Below, in pieces: positions 33,888-43,077 of a stretch of 64,000 nucleotides of DNA. Numbering within the stretch: position 1 is the first letter of the stretch; each line of letters starts with the position of its first letter. The notes below the pieces were generated by a model. That model saw nothing but the letters and a program-made list of their open reading frames with translations. It had not been told where the DNA came from and ran no database searches. Source of the DNA: Phycisphaerales bacterium (GTDB lineage: Bacteria > Planctomycetota > Phycisphaerae > SM23-33); assembly GCA_018644725.1 (NCBI GenBank), contig JABGPZ010000054.1, positions 4,502-68,501 of the forward strand, given 5' to 3'. Position numbers and translations under genes: made by a program.

Positions 33888-33915
33888 AAAAAAGCGCGAG
33901 GCAAATGCCCCGCGC
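33888..33915 (-). terminator. intrinsic terminator after the LRR gene (repeat copy A)
   Basis: The minus strand reads GCGCGGGGCATTTGCCTCGCGC followed by TTTTTT. Identical 28-nt copy at 35651-35678. Confidence 0.75.
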
Positions 33916-33941
33916 GAAAATGTCATTCCCCACTCTGCACA

Positions 33942-35555
33942 CTACTCATTATAGGACCACAATCCAAACACTGACGTATTGGGCATGGCCTTGCAAAACG
34001 CTTGATACCCCGCCCGGGTGACCTTCGTATTGGGTATGTCGAGCCAAGATAACTTTTTCAGTCCCACCAACTCTTCAAGACCGGCATCATCGAGCTCCGT
34101 ATCCCTGAGTGTGAGACTTGACAATTTCTTCAACGTCTTGAGGTGTACCATGCCCGCACCGGTTACCTTGGTCGATGACAAGTCCAGTCGGGTAAGGGTC
34201 TTTGCTTTCGATAACTGCAATAGTCCACTGTCGCCGACTTGCGTGTTGAACAAATTGAGATAACGAATCTTCGGAAGTTTGGACAGATGTACCATCCCCG
34301 CATCCGTCAGGTTGCTCCCACCCAAATAGAGATTGGTCAATCCCTTCAGGTTTACGAGACCCGCCAGGCCCGAATCGCACATGGGCAGATTTTGCAGGTA
34401 CAGATAGCGCAATTTTTCCAGCCCTTTAAGATACACCAAACCACTCCCCGTCACCTTCGTATCGCTCAGCTTGAGGAACATCAGATTTTTCAGCCCAACG
34501 AGATTCGCCAGCGCTTCATCACTCATCATCGAACCTTGGATTTCCAGACGAGTCAACTCCTTGCACCCTGCAAGCCCAGACAAACCCGCGCCCGTGATTG
34601 GAGTCTCGGAGAGGTCCAAATGCTTCAACGCGGTCAATGACTTGAGAGGCATCAGATGTTCGTCGAGTAAGGGCGTCCTCGCGAGACGGAGTTCCTTCAA
34701 GCAGGTCATCCCCTTGATGTGCTCAAGGCCCGTACCCGTAACTTTGGTATCGCTCAGATTCAACGTCGTAAGATTCGTGAGCGTTTCAATCGCAGACAAT
34801 CCCGCATCGGTGATTTTCTTCGCGCCTGAAAGGTTCAGTTTTTCAAGTGCCTTCATCTCTCCAAGGCACGGCATCGCAAGGTCGGTAAGATTATCCGGAC
34901 TGAAAGTAAATTGTTTCAATTTGGTTAATACACGAAGATGAATGAACCCGAAATCAGTGATCTCCTTGCATCGGTCCAGATACAATTTCTCGAGTTGTGT
35001 ACAGGCAGCAAGGTGTTTGAAATCATCATCCACGAGATTCGAACAACAGGAAAAATAGAGGGCCTTGTACCCCTTGAGATAGGGAGCCATGTCGGCGAGA
35101 CCCTTGCTGGTGATGGGATCGCCAATGCCCAAGGCCACCTGGCCAGGAATGTGTTGAATCGCCTTGGCCAAATCCACCCAAGTTTTGTCCGTCTCCACTC
35201 CCGTAGTAAAAAAGACGACGGAGTGATACGCAGGAAGTTTGACATTCGTCTGAGGCTTGCCATCAAGGCAACGATAATAAGATTCATTCGCCGCACGATA
35301 TTGTAAGACGCAGGGAATCGGGACACTAAATTCAATTGCGGGATGGAGCGTCTCTTGGGACTTACGGCCTTTCCGTTTCGATTTCTTCTTCGGTCCCTTA
35401 GGGGAAGGAGCGGATGGAATACTGATCACATCATATTGAACCACCCCATCGATTGTGTACTTAAAGGTCACGCCTTCGGCTTGACTCGGTTCGAACAGAA
35501 TCGAAAACAGGAAACCTACAACAAAAAGTCCAGCTGTAAATCGGGTCGAGGTCAT
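33942..35555 (-). CDS. leucine-rich repeat (RNI-like LRR) protein
   Basis: N-terminal hydrophobic anchor, then more than 12 tandem ~24-25-aa LRR units (L..L..L.LS.TKVTGAGL..L). GGAGA RBS before the ATG at 35555. GC visibly lower than neighbours. Confidence 0.8.
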   Translation of the reverse strand: MTSTRFTAGLFVVGFLFSILFEPSQAEGVTFKYTIDGVVQYDVISIPSAPSPKGPKKKSKRKGRKSQETLHPAIEFSVPIPCVLQYRAANESYYRCLDGKPQTNVKLPAYHSVVFFTTGVETDKTWVDLAKAIQHIPGQVALGIGDPITSKGLADMAPYLKGYKALYFSCCSNLVDDDFKHLAACTQLEKLYLDRCKEITDFGFIHLRVLTKLKQFTFSPDNLTDLAMPCLGEMKALEKLNLSGAKKITDAGLSAIETLTNLTTLNLSDTKVTGTGLEHIKGMTCLKELRLARTPLLDEHLMPLKSLTALKHLDLSETPITGAGLSGLAGCKELTRLEIQGSMMSDEALANLVGLKNLMFLKLSDTKVTGSGLVYLKGLEKLRYLYLQNLPMCDSGLAGLVNLKGLTNLYLGGSNLTDAGMVHLSKLPKIRYLNLFNTQVGDSGLLQLSKAKTLTRLDLSSTKVTGAGMVHLKTLKKLSSLTLRDTELDDAGLEELVGLKKLSWLDIPNTKVTRAGYQAFCKAMPNTSVFGLWSYNE

Positions 35556-35650
35556 GAGATTCTCCGCATAAGAAAAAGGGGTTGTCCGTTCCACAAGTTG
35601 ACTATACGGCCCACTGGTTCGGCGGTCAACTGGTATTCCCCTCCCATCAT

Positions 35651-35678
35651 AAAAAAGCGCGAGGCAAATGCCCCGCGC
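35651..35678 (-). terminator. intrinsic terminator after lysC (repeat copy B)
   Basis: Identical to 33888-33915 (AAAAAAGCGCGAGGCAAATGCCCCGCGC on the plus strand). Confidence 0.75.
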
Positions 35679-35701
35679 TGTAAACGATCTCGGAAGAAAA
35701 T

Positions 35702-37075
35702 TTACTTCTTCTTGGTGGTCTTCTTTTTAGTGGCCTTCTTCGCCGATTTTTTCACCGGTTTTTTGGCGGCCTTTTTCGTCACCTTCTTGGTGGTTTTCTT
35801 CTTGGTGGTCTTTTTAGTGGCCTTTTTGGTTTTCTTCTTCGGCAGGAGTGTTCCCTTGCCGCCGAGGTCAAACGCGTCGTGCACCACACGCAGAGCCCGC
35901 GGGCCGTGGGCCTCGTCGATCAGGCACGAAATCTTGATCTCGCTGGTGGTGATATTCTGAATATTCACCTGGGCCTTGGCGAGCGCCTTGAACATCTGGT
36001 CGGCCACGCCCGTGTGCATCTGCATCCCGATACCCACGACAGACACCTTCGCGAGGTCCATCTGGTAGGTCTCATAGCAGTCCAGCTTGTTGCAGAGCTT
36101 GGAGATGATGGCCTTGGCGTCGGCGAGATCACCATATTCAATCGTGAACGCGATGTAGGCGTATTGGCCGTCGTCGCTGATGGTCTGAATGATGTCATCG
36201 ACGACGACATTGCCGCTGGCGATGGTGTGGAAAATGTTCGCCGCCACGCCGGGCTTATTCGGCACGTCGCGAAGGGTGATGCGGGCGATGTGCTCTTTGA
36301 GCGCGCAACCGCGGACAACAATGCGTTCCATGGATTCGTCTTGAGTCACGATCATGGTCCCCTTTCGGTTATTCTGACTGTTTCGCAGGTGGATCGGTAC
36401 GTTGTATTTGCTGGCGATCTCGACGGCCCGGTTGTGGAGAACCCCCACGCCCTGGGTCGCAAGTTCCATCATTTCATCATAGCTGATGCTGTTGATCTTC
36501 TTGGCGTCGGGCACGATCCGCGGATCGGCCGTGAACACGCCATCGACGTCGGAATAGTTCTCGCACACTTCCGCCTCGAGCGCCGCGGCAATGGCCACCA
36601 GCGAGACGTTGCTCCCGCCGCGGCCAAGGGTCGTCACGTCGCCTGCGGGGCTGATGCCCTGGAACCCGGCAACGATCACGATGTGACCGCTGTCGAGGAA
36701 TTTGTGCAGCTTGCGTGTATCGATGTGGGAAATGCGCGCCTTGGTGTGCGCGGCATTGGTCATCACGCCGACCTGAGCGGCCGTAAAGCTGATCGCTTTG
36801 GTGCCCATCTCTTCCAGCGCCATCGCCATCAGCGAAATCGTCACCTGCTCACCGGTGGCCAGCAACTGGTCAATTTCGCGTTTGGGCGCAGACTTCCCGC
36901 GCATCACATCGTTGGCAAGGCCTTCGAGGAGATCCGTCGATTTCCCCATCGCCGACACCACCATCACCACGCTCTTGCCCTTCTTTTGATAGGCCAGGGC
37001 GCGCTTGGCTGCGGCGCGGATTTTATCGGGGTCGGCCACACTCGTGCCGCCAAATTTCATCGCAATAATGCTCAT
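35702..37075 (-). CDS. lysC: aspartate kinase with Lys-rich C-terminal extension
   Basis: MKFGGTSVADP N-terminus, amino-acid kinase domain and two ACT-like regions. Ends in a ~47-aa tail LPKKKTKKATKKTTKKKTTKKVTKKAAKKPVKKSAKKATKKKTTKKK. AAGGAG RBS before the ATG at 37075; the track ORF to 37288 was rejected. Confidence 0.9.
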   Translation of the reverse strand: MSIIAMKFGGTSVADPDKIRAAAKRALAYQKKGKSVVMVVSAMGKSTDLLEGLANDVMRGKSAPKREIDQLLATGEQVTISLMAMALEEMGTKAISFTAAQVGVMTNAAHTKARISHIDTRKLHKFLDSGHIVIVAGFQGISPAGDVTTLGRGGSNVSLVAIAAALEAEVCENYSDVDGVFTADPRIVPDAKKINSISYDEMMELATQGVGVLHNRAVEIASKYNVPIHLRNSQNNRKGTMIVTQDESMERIVVRGCALKEHIARITLRDVPNKPGVAANIFHTIASGNVVVDDIIQTISDDGQYAYIAFTIEYGDLADAKAIISKLCNKLDCYETYQMDLAKVSVVGIGMQMHTGVADQMFKALAKAQVNIQNITTSEIKISCLIDEAHGPRALRVVHDAFDLGGKGTLLPKKKTKKATKKTTKKKTTKKVTKKAAKKPVKKSAKKATKKKTTKKK

Positions 37076-37102
37076 CAGAGTGAACTCCTTATCTGGTGCG
37101 GC

Positions 37103-37130
37103 ATTGTAGCCTATTTTCCCGAAATTACAA
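37103..37130 (-). promoter_or_regulatory. sigma70-like promoter (TTGTAA-N16-TACAAT) for lysC
   Basis: Minus-strand hexamers at 37130-37125 and 37108-37103, leaving a leader of only ~25 nt containing the AAGGAG RBS. Confidence 0.55.
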
Positions 37131-37322
37131 CTATTTTTGTCCGAAACCCGCCTCGATGGCCCGGGGACGCGGAGGCATACAAAATCGTGGTTTTTTTCAT
37201 TCCACGGCCTCCAAATTGCCGATAAAAAGGAGTACCCTGCGAGCGATGATGGATTGTAAATCATGTCGCCGGCGGGTATCATAGGCAACGAAAACGAACC
37301 CTAACCCCTCCGGGAGTGAACC

Positions 37323-37919
37323 ATGACGATGCGACTCATCTTAATGGCTATGGTATTGGTGCCACTGGTCGGCTGCCAACAACAGACCGACGGCACATGG
37401 AAACCGATCGAGCCGAAATGGAAGAACCCGAAGTGGGACTGGTGGAACACCTCCAGCGACACCCCCGCCCCCGCGTCAGATTCCAGCGCCACGACCTCCG
37501 ACCAACCCTATTCCGTCGCAAAAGATGCCAAGGTCTATTCCGGCACGGAACTGGACACCTATCGCAAAACGCTCTGGCCGCATGTCCACAAACTCCAGGA
37601 CCTCCGCAAGGCCTACCCTGTCCGCGCGGACCGTGACAACTACATCCACCAACTCAAGCGCAACCTGCCGCGAATGTACAGCCACCTCGAAGCGACGGCC
37701 CCCGACACCAAGGCCCTGCAATTTACCGTATGGAGTACCTATCTGATCTGGGACTTCATGCCCATCGACGACTACTTCATGGCCCGCGCACGCTGGGAAA
37801 CGATCACGGAACTCGAAAACATCATCGTCCCGAAGATCCAAACCCGCCAGGACATGGCCAAGTTTGTCTTGGACTATCTCGACGGCCGAGGCAAACTCGC
37901 GCCCAACACCTCCAACTAG
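37323..37919 (+). CDS. hypothetical lipoprotein
   Basis: Lipobox signal MTMRLILMAMVLVPLVGC. No family recognised. Confidence 0.6.
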   Translation: MTMRLILMAMVLVPLVGCQQQTDGTWKPIEPKWKNPKWDWWNTSSDTPAPASDSSATTSDQPYSVAKDAKVYSGTELDTYRKTLWPHVHKLQDLRKAYPVRADRDNYIHQLKRNLPRMYSHLEATAPDTKALQFTVWSTYLIWDFMPIDDYFMARARWETITELENIIVPKIQTRQDMAKFVLDYLDGRGKLAPNTSN

Positions 37920-37933
37920 AATCGATACCCACG

Positions 37934-38974
37934 ATGTCCCGAGTCATTCATCTTCTTGACCAGCGCACGCCTCCCTGGATGCACCGCCAGGTCTGCCGCC
38001 TCGCAGGCAATGACGAGCGAGTTCTCCTCCTCGATACCGAGCTGCTGGGCTCTGCCCAAGTGCCTGTGGTCGAAGTTCGCTCCGTTCTGCCGACGATCCA
38101 ACGCATCACAACCCGCCATGCGGCGCGCCATCTTGGCGAGACGGAACTCATTCACGCCTGGGGCCTTCGCGCCGGAAAGCGCGCGCTGAGCATCGCCAAA
38201 GACCGGCGCGTCCTTGTCTCGCTGCCCGGAATGGATGTCATTGGCGTGCCCGACGATTTGCCGTGGCGCATTGCCGGCATGAAATTTGACGTCACCCTGC
38301 CCACCGCTGCCGACCGCGAAGCACTGATCGCTGCGGGAGGCGACCCACGGCGTATCCACGTTCTTCCGCCGGCCGGCCGTGCCACCAGCGAATCTCCCGA
38401 ACGCATCAAGGAATTGCGCGACCACTTCGCGCCCCACGGCCAACCCCTCTGCGTGGTCGTTGGCGAGCTCACCGATCACTCCGGCGGCTATCAAGCCTCG
38501 TGGGTCCACGCGATTCTCTCCCACATTCAGCCCAACGTGCGCATCCTGTTTTCACGTCCCGGCCCGGGCCGTAAGCGCGTAGAGACATTCCTGCACAACA
38601 ATGGCAACGATGACATGGCCTCGATTCTCGACCTGACGATTCCCACCGCCGATGTACTCGCGACGGCCGACGTGTTGATGCTCTTCGATCAGGGCGCATC
38701 CAACGCGGGCGACTTCGCCGATGCTCTCGCGGCGGCCAAACCCATCCTTGCGACCGACCTGCCGGGCTACGTGGACCTCGCCGACACAGGCCAGGCCGCA
38801 TTGCTTGCCCCCACCACCGACATCCGCCAGGCCGCAGGAAACCTCCTGCGTCTGCTGGAAAACACCGATGAGATCTGCGCAGACCTCTCCGCACGCGCCG
38901 CCGACGCGGCCAAGGCCCTCGCCGCGCCCGTCGTCCGCGCCACACTGGACACCATCTATACTCCCACTCCCTAA
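37934..38974 (+). CDS. glycosyltransferase-like protein (divergent GT-B/GT4-like)
   Basis: ~346 aa. The C-terminal half resembles the GT-B nucleotide-sugar domain (...ADVLMLFDQG...KPILATDLPG...). Sits at the head of an LPS-core-like operon. Weak assignment. Confidence 0.5.
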   Translation: MSRVIHLLDQRTPPWMHRQVCRLAGNDERVLLLDTELLGSAQVPVVEVRSVLPTIQRITTRHAARHLGETELIHAWGLRAGKRALSIAKDRRVLVSLPGMDVIGVPDDLPWRIAGMKFDVTLPTAADREALIAAGGDPRRIHVLPPAGRATSESPERIKELRDHFAPHGQPLCVVVGELTDHSGGYQASWVHAILSHIQPNVRILFSRPGPGRKRVETFLHNNGNDDMASILDLTIPTADVLATADVLMLFDQGASNAGDFADALAAAKPILATDLPGYVDLADTGQAALLAPTTDIRQAAGNLLRLLENTDEICADLSARAADAAKALAAPVVRATLDTIYTPTP

Positions 38975-38983
38975 GACCATCCC

Positions 38984-40714
38984 ATGACCCCTTCCCAACC
39001 CATCCCTGCCGACCTCCAACTCGCCGACGAATCCCGGCGCGAGTTTGTTCTTGCCCACCTCGCCGAATTCGACGCCCCCACCGACGCGTGGACGCTCGTG
39101 AAACGCAATGCCTCGCGCAGTGTCTATTGCCGCGAGATTGATGGAGTGCGCTGGTACCTCAAACACTTCCACGGCAAAAGCCTTTCGCACAAACTCCGTC
39201 GCGCCCTCGGCCGCAGTGAAGCGCTCAAAGAATTCCGCTTCTCGGCAGAGCTACGCGAAAATCGAATCTCCTGCCAGTTCATCCTCGCCGCGCGCTTCGA
39301 TCCCAAACGCCGCATCGAGTGGGCACTTTCCCAGGAAGTCCCCAACGCCGAAGAGCTGTCCGACTGGCACGCCAAAAACGCCAACGCAACAGGCGAGGCC
39401 CGAAACTCCCTGCGCAAAACCGCCCGCGCACTGGCCAAACTCGTTGGCAAAATGCACGCCGCGGGCATCGTCCACAACGACCTGCACTGCGGGAACGTCC
39501 TGCGCCAATCCGACGGGACACTGGTCCTGATGGACCTGCACCGCATGGGCCACACCGGCCTGCTGGGGCGGCGACAAATGGCGTCAAACCTCGCGCACCT
39601 GCTCCATGACCGCGAACATCTGTCCACACGCACGCAGCGATTGCGGGTTCTGCGGGACTATCTCGAATTCAACTCTGCCGCAGGCAGCCTGCGCGGGTGG
39701 CAATGGCTGGTCAGTCAGATTCTCCAGCGCCACCAAGCCGCTTTCTATCGCAAGCGCGACCGGCGAGTCCGCGGCGAAAACAAATATTTCCGCTCGCTGA
39801 AACTTCAGCAAGGCTGGCGCGCGCGGGTGGTCCTCGACTCCAAGCGTCAACTCGCCGGAAGCGTCGCCGCCCACAACAACTACACCGCCGAGCAATGGCG
39901 AGAGCTCCTCGCCGACCCGGGATCGCTCTTTGAGGGGCCCGACGTCCAGGTCGTCAAACATTCGCCCTCGACGACCGTCGTCCGCCGGACAATCCAACTC
40001 GGTGAACACGCTCTGGACGTGTACATCAAGCGCAGTAAAATCAAAACGCGACTCAAGCGCTTCCTCAGCATCCTGCGCCGCTCCAAGTCGTTCCTGGCGT
40101 TTCTCGTCGGGCACGAAATGATCAACCGGCACATCCCCACGGCCCTGCCGCTGTGCTCGATCGACCAGCGACGCGGCGGGGTTTTGATGGACTCGATCAG
40201 CATCACCGAAACCGTCCACGCCGACTTGCTCGACGCGTTTATGGACCGCTGGCTGTGCGTAAAACCCTGCGGGCATGACTCCCTCAACGCCACCCAACAA
40301 CACACCCTCGCCAAGCAGGTTCTCCGCGAGCTCGGGCGGATGTTGCGAAAACTCCACTCCTGCCGCTATGCCCACCGCGACCTCAAGGCGACCAACCTCA
40401 TGGTCCGCTGGGAGCCTGGCATGCAGCCGGAAATCGTCCTGATCGACCTCGACGGTCTGCGACGCGTGACCATGCTCACCGCCCGGCGCCAACTCCAGGG
40501 GCTGATGCGTCTGAACGTTTCACTGCTGTTGTGCCCGGCCGTCAACCGACCCGGCCAACTCCGCATGCTTTTGGGCTATCTCAGCCGCCCCGGCATCGGC
40601 CGAATCAACTTCAAACCCTACTGGCGCATGCTCGACGAATGGTCCCAACGCAAACGGCACCAACAAATTCGCACACGCCAGAAAAAGCAAAAAGCAATCC
40701 GAAAGCCCTCCTGA
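38984..40714 (+). CDS. lipopolysaccharide kinase (Kdo/WaaP/InaA) family protein, tandem double domain
   Basis: Two kinase-like halves. The first has IVHNDLHCGNVL...DLH. The second has YAHRDLKATNLMV...LIDLDG. Confidence 0.7.
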   Translation: MTPSQPIPADLQLADESRREFVLAHLAEFDAPTDAWTLVKRNASRSVYCREIDGVRWYLKHFHGKSLSHKLRRALGRSEALKEFRFSAELRENRISCQFILAARFDPKRRIEWALSQEVPNAEELSDWHAKNANATGEARNSLRKTARALAKLVGKMHAAGIVHNDLHCGNVLRQSDGTLVLMDLHRMGHTGLLGRRQMASNLAHLLHDREHLSTRTQRLRVLRDYLEFNSAAGSLRGWQWLVSQILQRHQAAFYRKRDRRVRGENKYFRSLKLQQGWRARVVLDSKRQLAGSVAAHNNYTAEQWRELLADPGSLFEGPDVQVVKHSPSTTVVRRTIQLGEHALDVYIKRSKIKTRLKRFLSILRRSKSFLAFLVGHEMINRHIPTALPLCSIDQRRGGVLMDSISITETVHADLLDAFMDRWLCVKPCGHDSLNATQQHTLAKQVLRELGRMLRKLHSCRYAHRDLKATNLMVRWEPGMQPEIVLIDLDGLRRVTMLTARRQLQGLMRLNVSLLLCPAVNRPGQLRMLLGYLSRPGIGRINFKPYWRMLDEWSQRKRHQQIRTRQKKQKAIRKPS

Positions 40715-40717
40715 CCT

Positions 40718-41773
40718 ATGGTGTTGCCCCTCGACAATTTGCCCGCGCCACAGCGTATTTTGCTGATCAAACCCTCGGCACTGGGTGACGTGGTGACCGC
40801 CCTTCCCGTGCTACGCGGCCTGCGCCGGACTTTCCCCAATGCGGAAATCCATTGGCTGGTCTCGACGTCCTGCAGCGCCATTCTCGAAAGCGATCCCGAC
40901 CTTGACCAAGTCGTTCTTTTCGATCGCAAGGGCATGGCAAAGTGGTACCGTTCGGCCAGTCAGTTCCGCACCTTCCGCGCGTTCAAGAAAACACTACGCG
41001 ACGGAAACTATGACTGGGTCCTCGACCTTCAAGGCCTGTTGCGCAGCTCGATTTTCGCCCGGATGACTCGCGCCAAGGTCCGTGCAGGTTTCGCCGATGC
41101 CCGCGAAGGTGCGCCGCTGTTCTATACCCACAAAATCAAAACCTCGGCCGAGCACACCTGCGCGAAGAACATCGAATTCGCCCGCATGCTCGGCATCGAT
41201 GCCCGCGACGAGGACATGACTCTTACCGTCCGTGACGATGCGGCCTCCGCCGCCCAGACGCTCCTCGCCGAGCGCAACATCGCCCCGGGCTATCTCGTCG
41301 CCGTGCCACCCACGCGCTGGGAAACCAAGAAATATCCCGTCGAACATTGGCGAGCGGTCCTCGGAGAACTCGCCCAAGAACGCGACATTGTGCTGCTTGG
41401 ATCACCCGCGCCAGAGGAAACGTCCCTCTGCGCCGCCGTGGCCGAGGGACTTGGCGAGCGCGTCCACAACCTCGCCGGACAAACCACTCTGCCCCAACTC
41501 GTGGCAACCATCGCCACCAGCGCAGGGGTGATCTGCTGCGACTCTGCGGCCAAGTTTATCGCCCCAGCCGTCGGGGTGAACTGCGTGTGCGTACTTGGCC
41601 CCACACGCGTCAAACGTACTGGCCCGTTCCTGCGAGGCAGCGCCGTCGTCAGCGACGTCGATTGCCAAGGCTGCCTCAAAAAGCGATGCCCCAAACCTCA
41701 CCAAGACTGCATGGAAGCCATTTCGCCGCCGGCCGTTCTCGCCGCCGTGCGCGCCATGCTGGAGACCCACTGA
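40718..41773 (+). CDS. glycosyltransferase family 9 (LPS heptosyltransferase-like)
   Basis: N-terminal ILLIKPSALGDVVTALPVL, ~350 aa, GT9-like layout. 3-nt gap from the upstream gene. Confidence 0.85.
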   Translation: MVLPLDNLPAPQRILLIKPSALGDVVTALPVLRGLRRTFPNAEIHWLVSTSCSAILESDPDLDQVVLFDRKGMAKWYRSASQFRTFRAFKKTLRDGNYDWVLDLQGLLRSSIFARMTRAKVRAGFADAREGAPLFYTHKIKTSAEHTCAKNIEFARMLGIDARDEDMTLTVRDDAASAAQTLLAERNIAPGYLVAVPPTRWETKKYPVEHWRAVLGELAQERDIVLLGSPAPEETSLCAAVAEGLGERVHNLAGQTTLPQLVATIATSAGVICCDSAAKFIAPAVGVNCVCVLGPTRVKRTGPFLRGSAVVSDVDCQGCLKKRCPKPHQDCMEAISPPAVLAAVRAMLETH

Positions 41774-41775
41774 CC

Positions 41776-42351
41776 ATGCCACTGATCCGCGCATCCAAAG
41801 CCATCTGGCGCAAGACCTGCTATTTCATCGTCCACAAAGTTCTCATGCTGGACGACACGCCCCACCGCATCGCGCTGGGCGTATCGATCGGCATGTTCTG
41901 GACGTTCATGCCGGTCATCGGCCTGCAGATGATCCTCACGGGCCTGACCAGCTTCGCGCTGCGGGCGAACAAACTCGTGGGCATGCCGTTCGTGTGGATC
42001 TCCAACCCCGCGACGATTATCCCCTGCTACGTCCCGAGCCTGTTTTTGGGCCAATGGATGCTCGGCAAACCCGTCGGCGAATTTGAGGCACTCAATCAGG
42101 CCTTTGAATTCGAGGGTGGCCCAATCGATACCGCGATGCAATGGCTCGAAGCCGTATGGTCCGTGGCAGGAGAACTGTTCCTCGGGTGCTTCGTGGTCTC
42201 GTGCATCATCGCCGTGGCGAGCTACTTCATTTTCTACCGCGCGATCATTCTCTATCGTCGCCACAGGGGTCACCTCCACGCCAAACCCGCGATGGGGCCT
42301 GAGATTCCCGCCACGCCCGACGACCACTTCGACTCGCCGCCCGGGCCATAG
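41776..42351 (+). CDS. DUF2062 domain membrane protein
   Basis: DTPHRIALGVSIGMFWTFMPVIGLQMIL matches the DUF2062 core as recalled. Start at the ATG at 41776, 2 nt after the upstream stop. Confidence 0.7.
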   Translation: MPLIRASKAIWRKTCYFIVHKVLMLDDTPHRIALGVSIGMFWTFMPVIGLQMILTGLTSFALRANKLVGMPFVWISNPATIIPCYVPSLFLGQWMLGKPVGEFEALNQAFEFEGGPIDTAMQWLEAVWSVAGELFLGCFVVSCIIAVASYFIFYRAIILYRRHRGHLHAKPAMGPEIPATPDDHFDSPPGP

Positions 42352-42352
42352 C

Positions 42353-42904
42353 ATGGCCGCGAGCGATCTCTCCATCCCGCCGGTCAAGGCCTTCGCGCTG
42401 CATGTCTATGCCCGGAGCGTGCACCCAGAATTGTTCGACCCGCACGAATCGATCCACTTTTCCAACCCGTCCTGCAAGGGCGTCGCCTCGCTGGGGCCCT
42501 ACCACCACATCGTCACGCTCCACATCGGCGCACACACCCTCACCGAGGTCGTCGCTCACGACACCATGGCGCTGCCGAGTCATCGCGAAATCCTCTCCGA
42601 ACGCTTCGGCCGAGAAACCACCTTCCGCCGCACCACCGTCGGCGACGTGAGCTATCTCACCAACACCCAGCGCGAAACCGTATCGGAATCGATCTATCGT
42701 CAAATTCATCGCGACCTGCGCGCAATGACCACCCGCCGGGGGCTGTATCTCCAGCCCAAAGGGTTCCACCGCGCCCTCTCGGCACCGTTCGGCGCGATGC
42801 GCATCGCCCTCGAGGCCCACGCGCTTCATGTGACCACGTTCCACGGGCTGGGCGACCAGTTCACCTTACTCAAAACGCAATCCATTTTTGACCTCACCTC
42901 GTGA
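42353..42904 (+). CDS. hypothetical protein (possibly DUF2617-like)
   Basis: 183-aa ORF starting 1 nt after the upstream stop (MAASDLSIPPVKAFALHVYARSVHPELF...). The family assignment is a recollection only. Confidence 0.55.
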   Translation: MAASDLSIPPVKAFALHVYARSVHPELFDPHESIHFSNPSCKGVASLGPYHHIVTLHIGAHTLTEVVAHDTMALPSHREILSERFGRETTFRRTTVGDVSYLTNTQRETVSESIYRQIHRDLRAMTTRRGLYLQPKGFHRALSAPFGAMRIALEAHALHVTTFHGLGDQFTLLKTQSIFDLTS

Positions 42905-43077
42905 GAAACCCTACCATTGTTCAGATTGCATAGGTAAGGACTTGACTTCCCCCCTCCAAGGGCGGACAATGAGGGGAAGTGAATCCACAGGGATACATCC
43001 TGCGAATGCTCTATGCTTTTCTGCACAACCAGATTGAGCAACACAAATACTACTCGGATACCAAGAAGGGTACGCCC

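Noticed and set aside
35343-35960. 205-aa plus-strand ORF with a striking Phe/Val/Leu-rich segment (FFLVVFFLVAFFADFF...)
   Set aside because: The hydrophobic run is simply the reverse complement of the AAG/AAA-rich lysC tail, and the rest overlaps the LRR gene start and spacer. No RBS.
37076-37300. Possible lysine riboswitch (L-box) in the lysC 5' region
   Set aside because: A good promoter (TTGTAA-N16-TACAAT) lies only ~30 nt upstream of the ATG. That leaves no room for a ~180-nt L-box, and I saw no L-box-like conserved helices further upstream.
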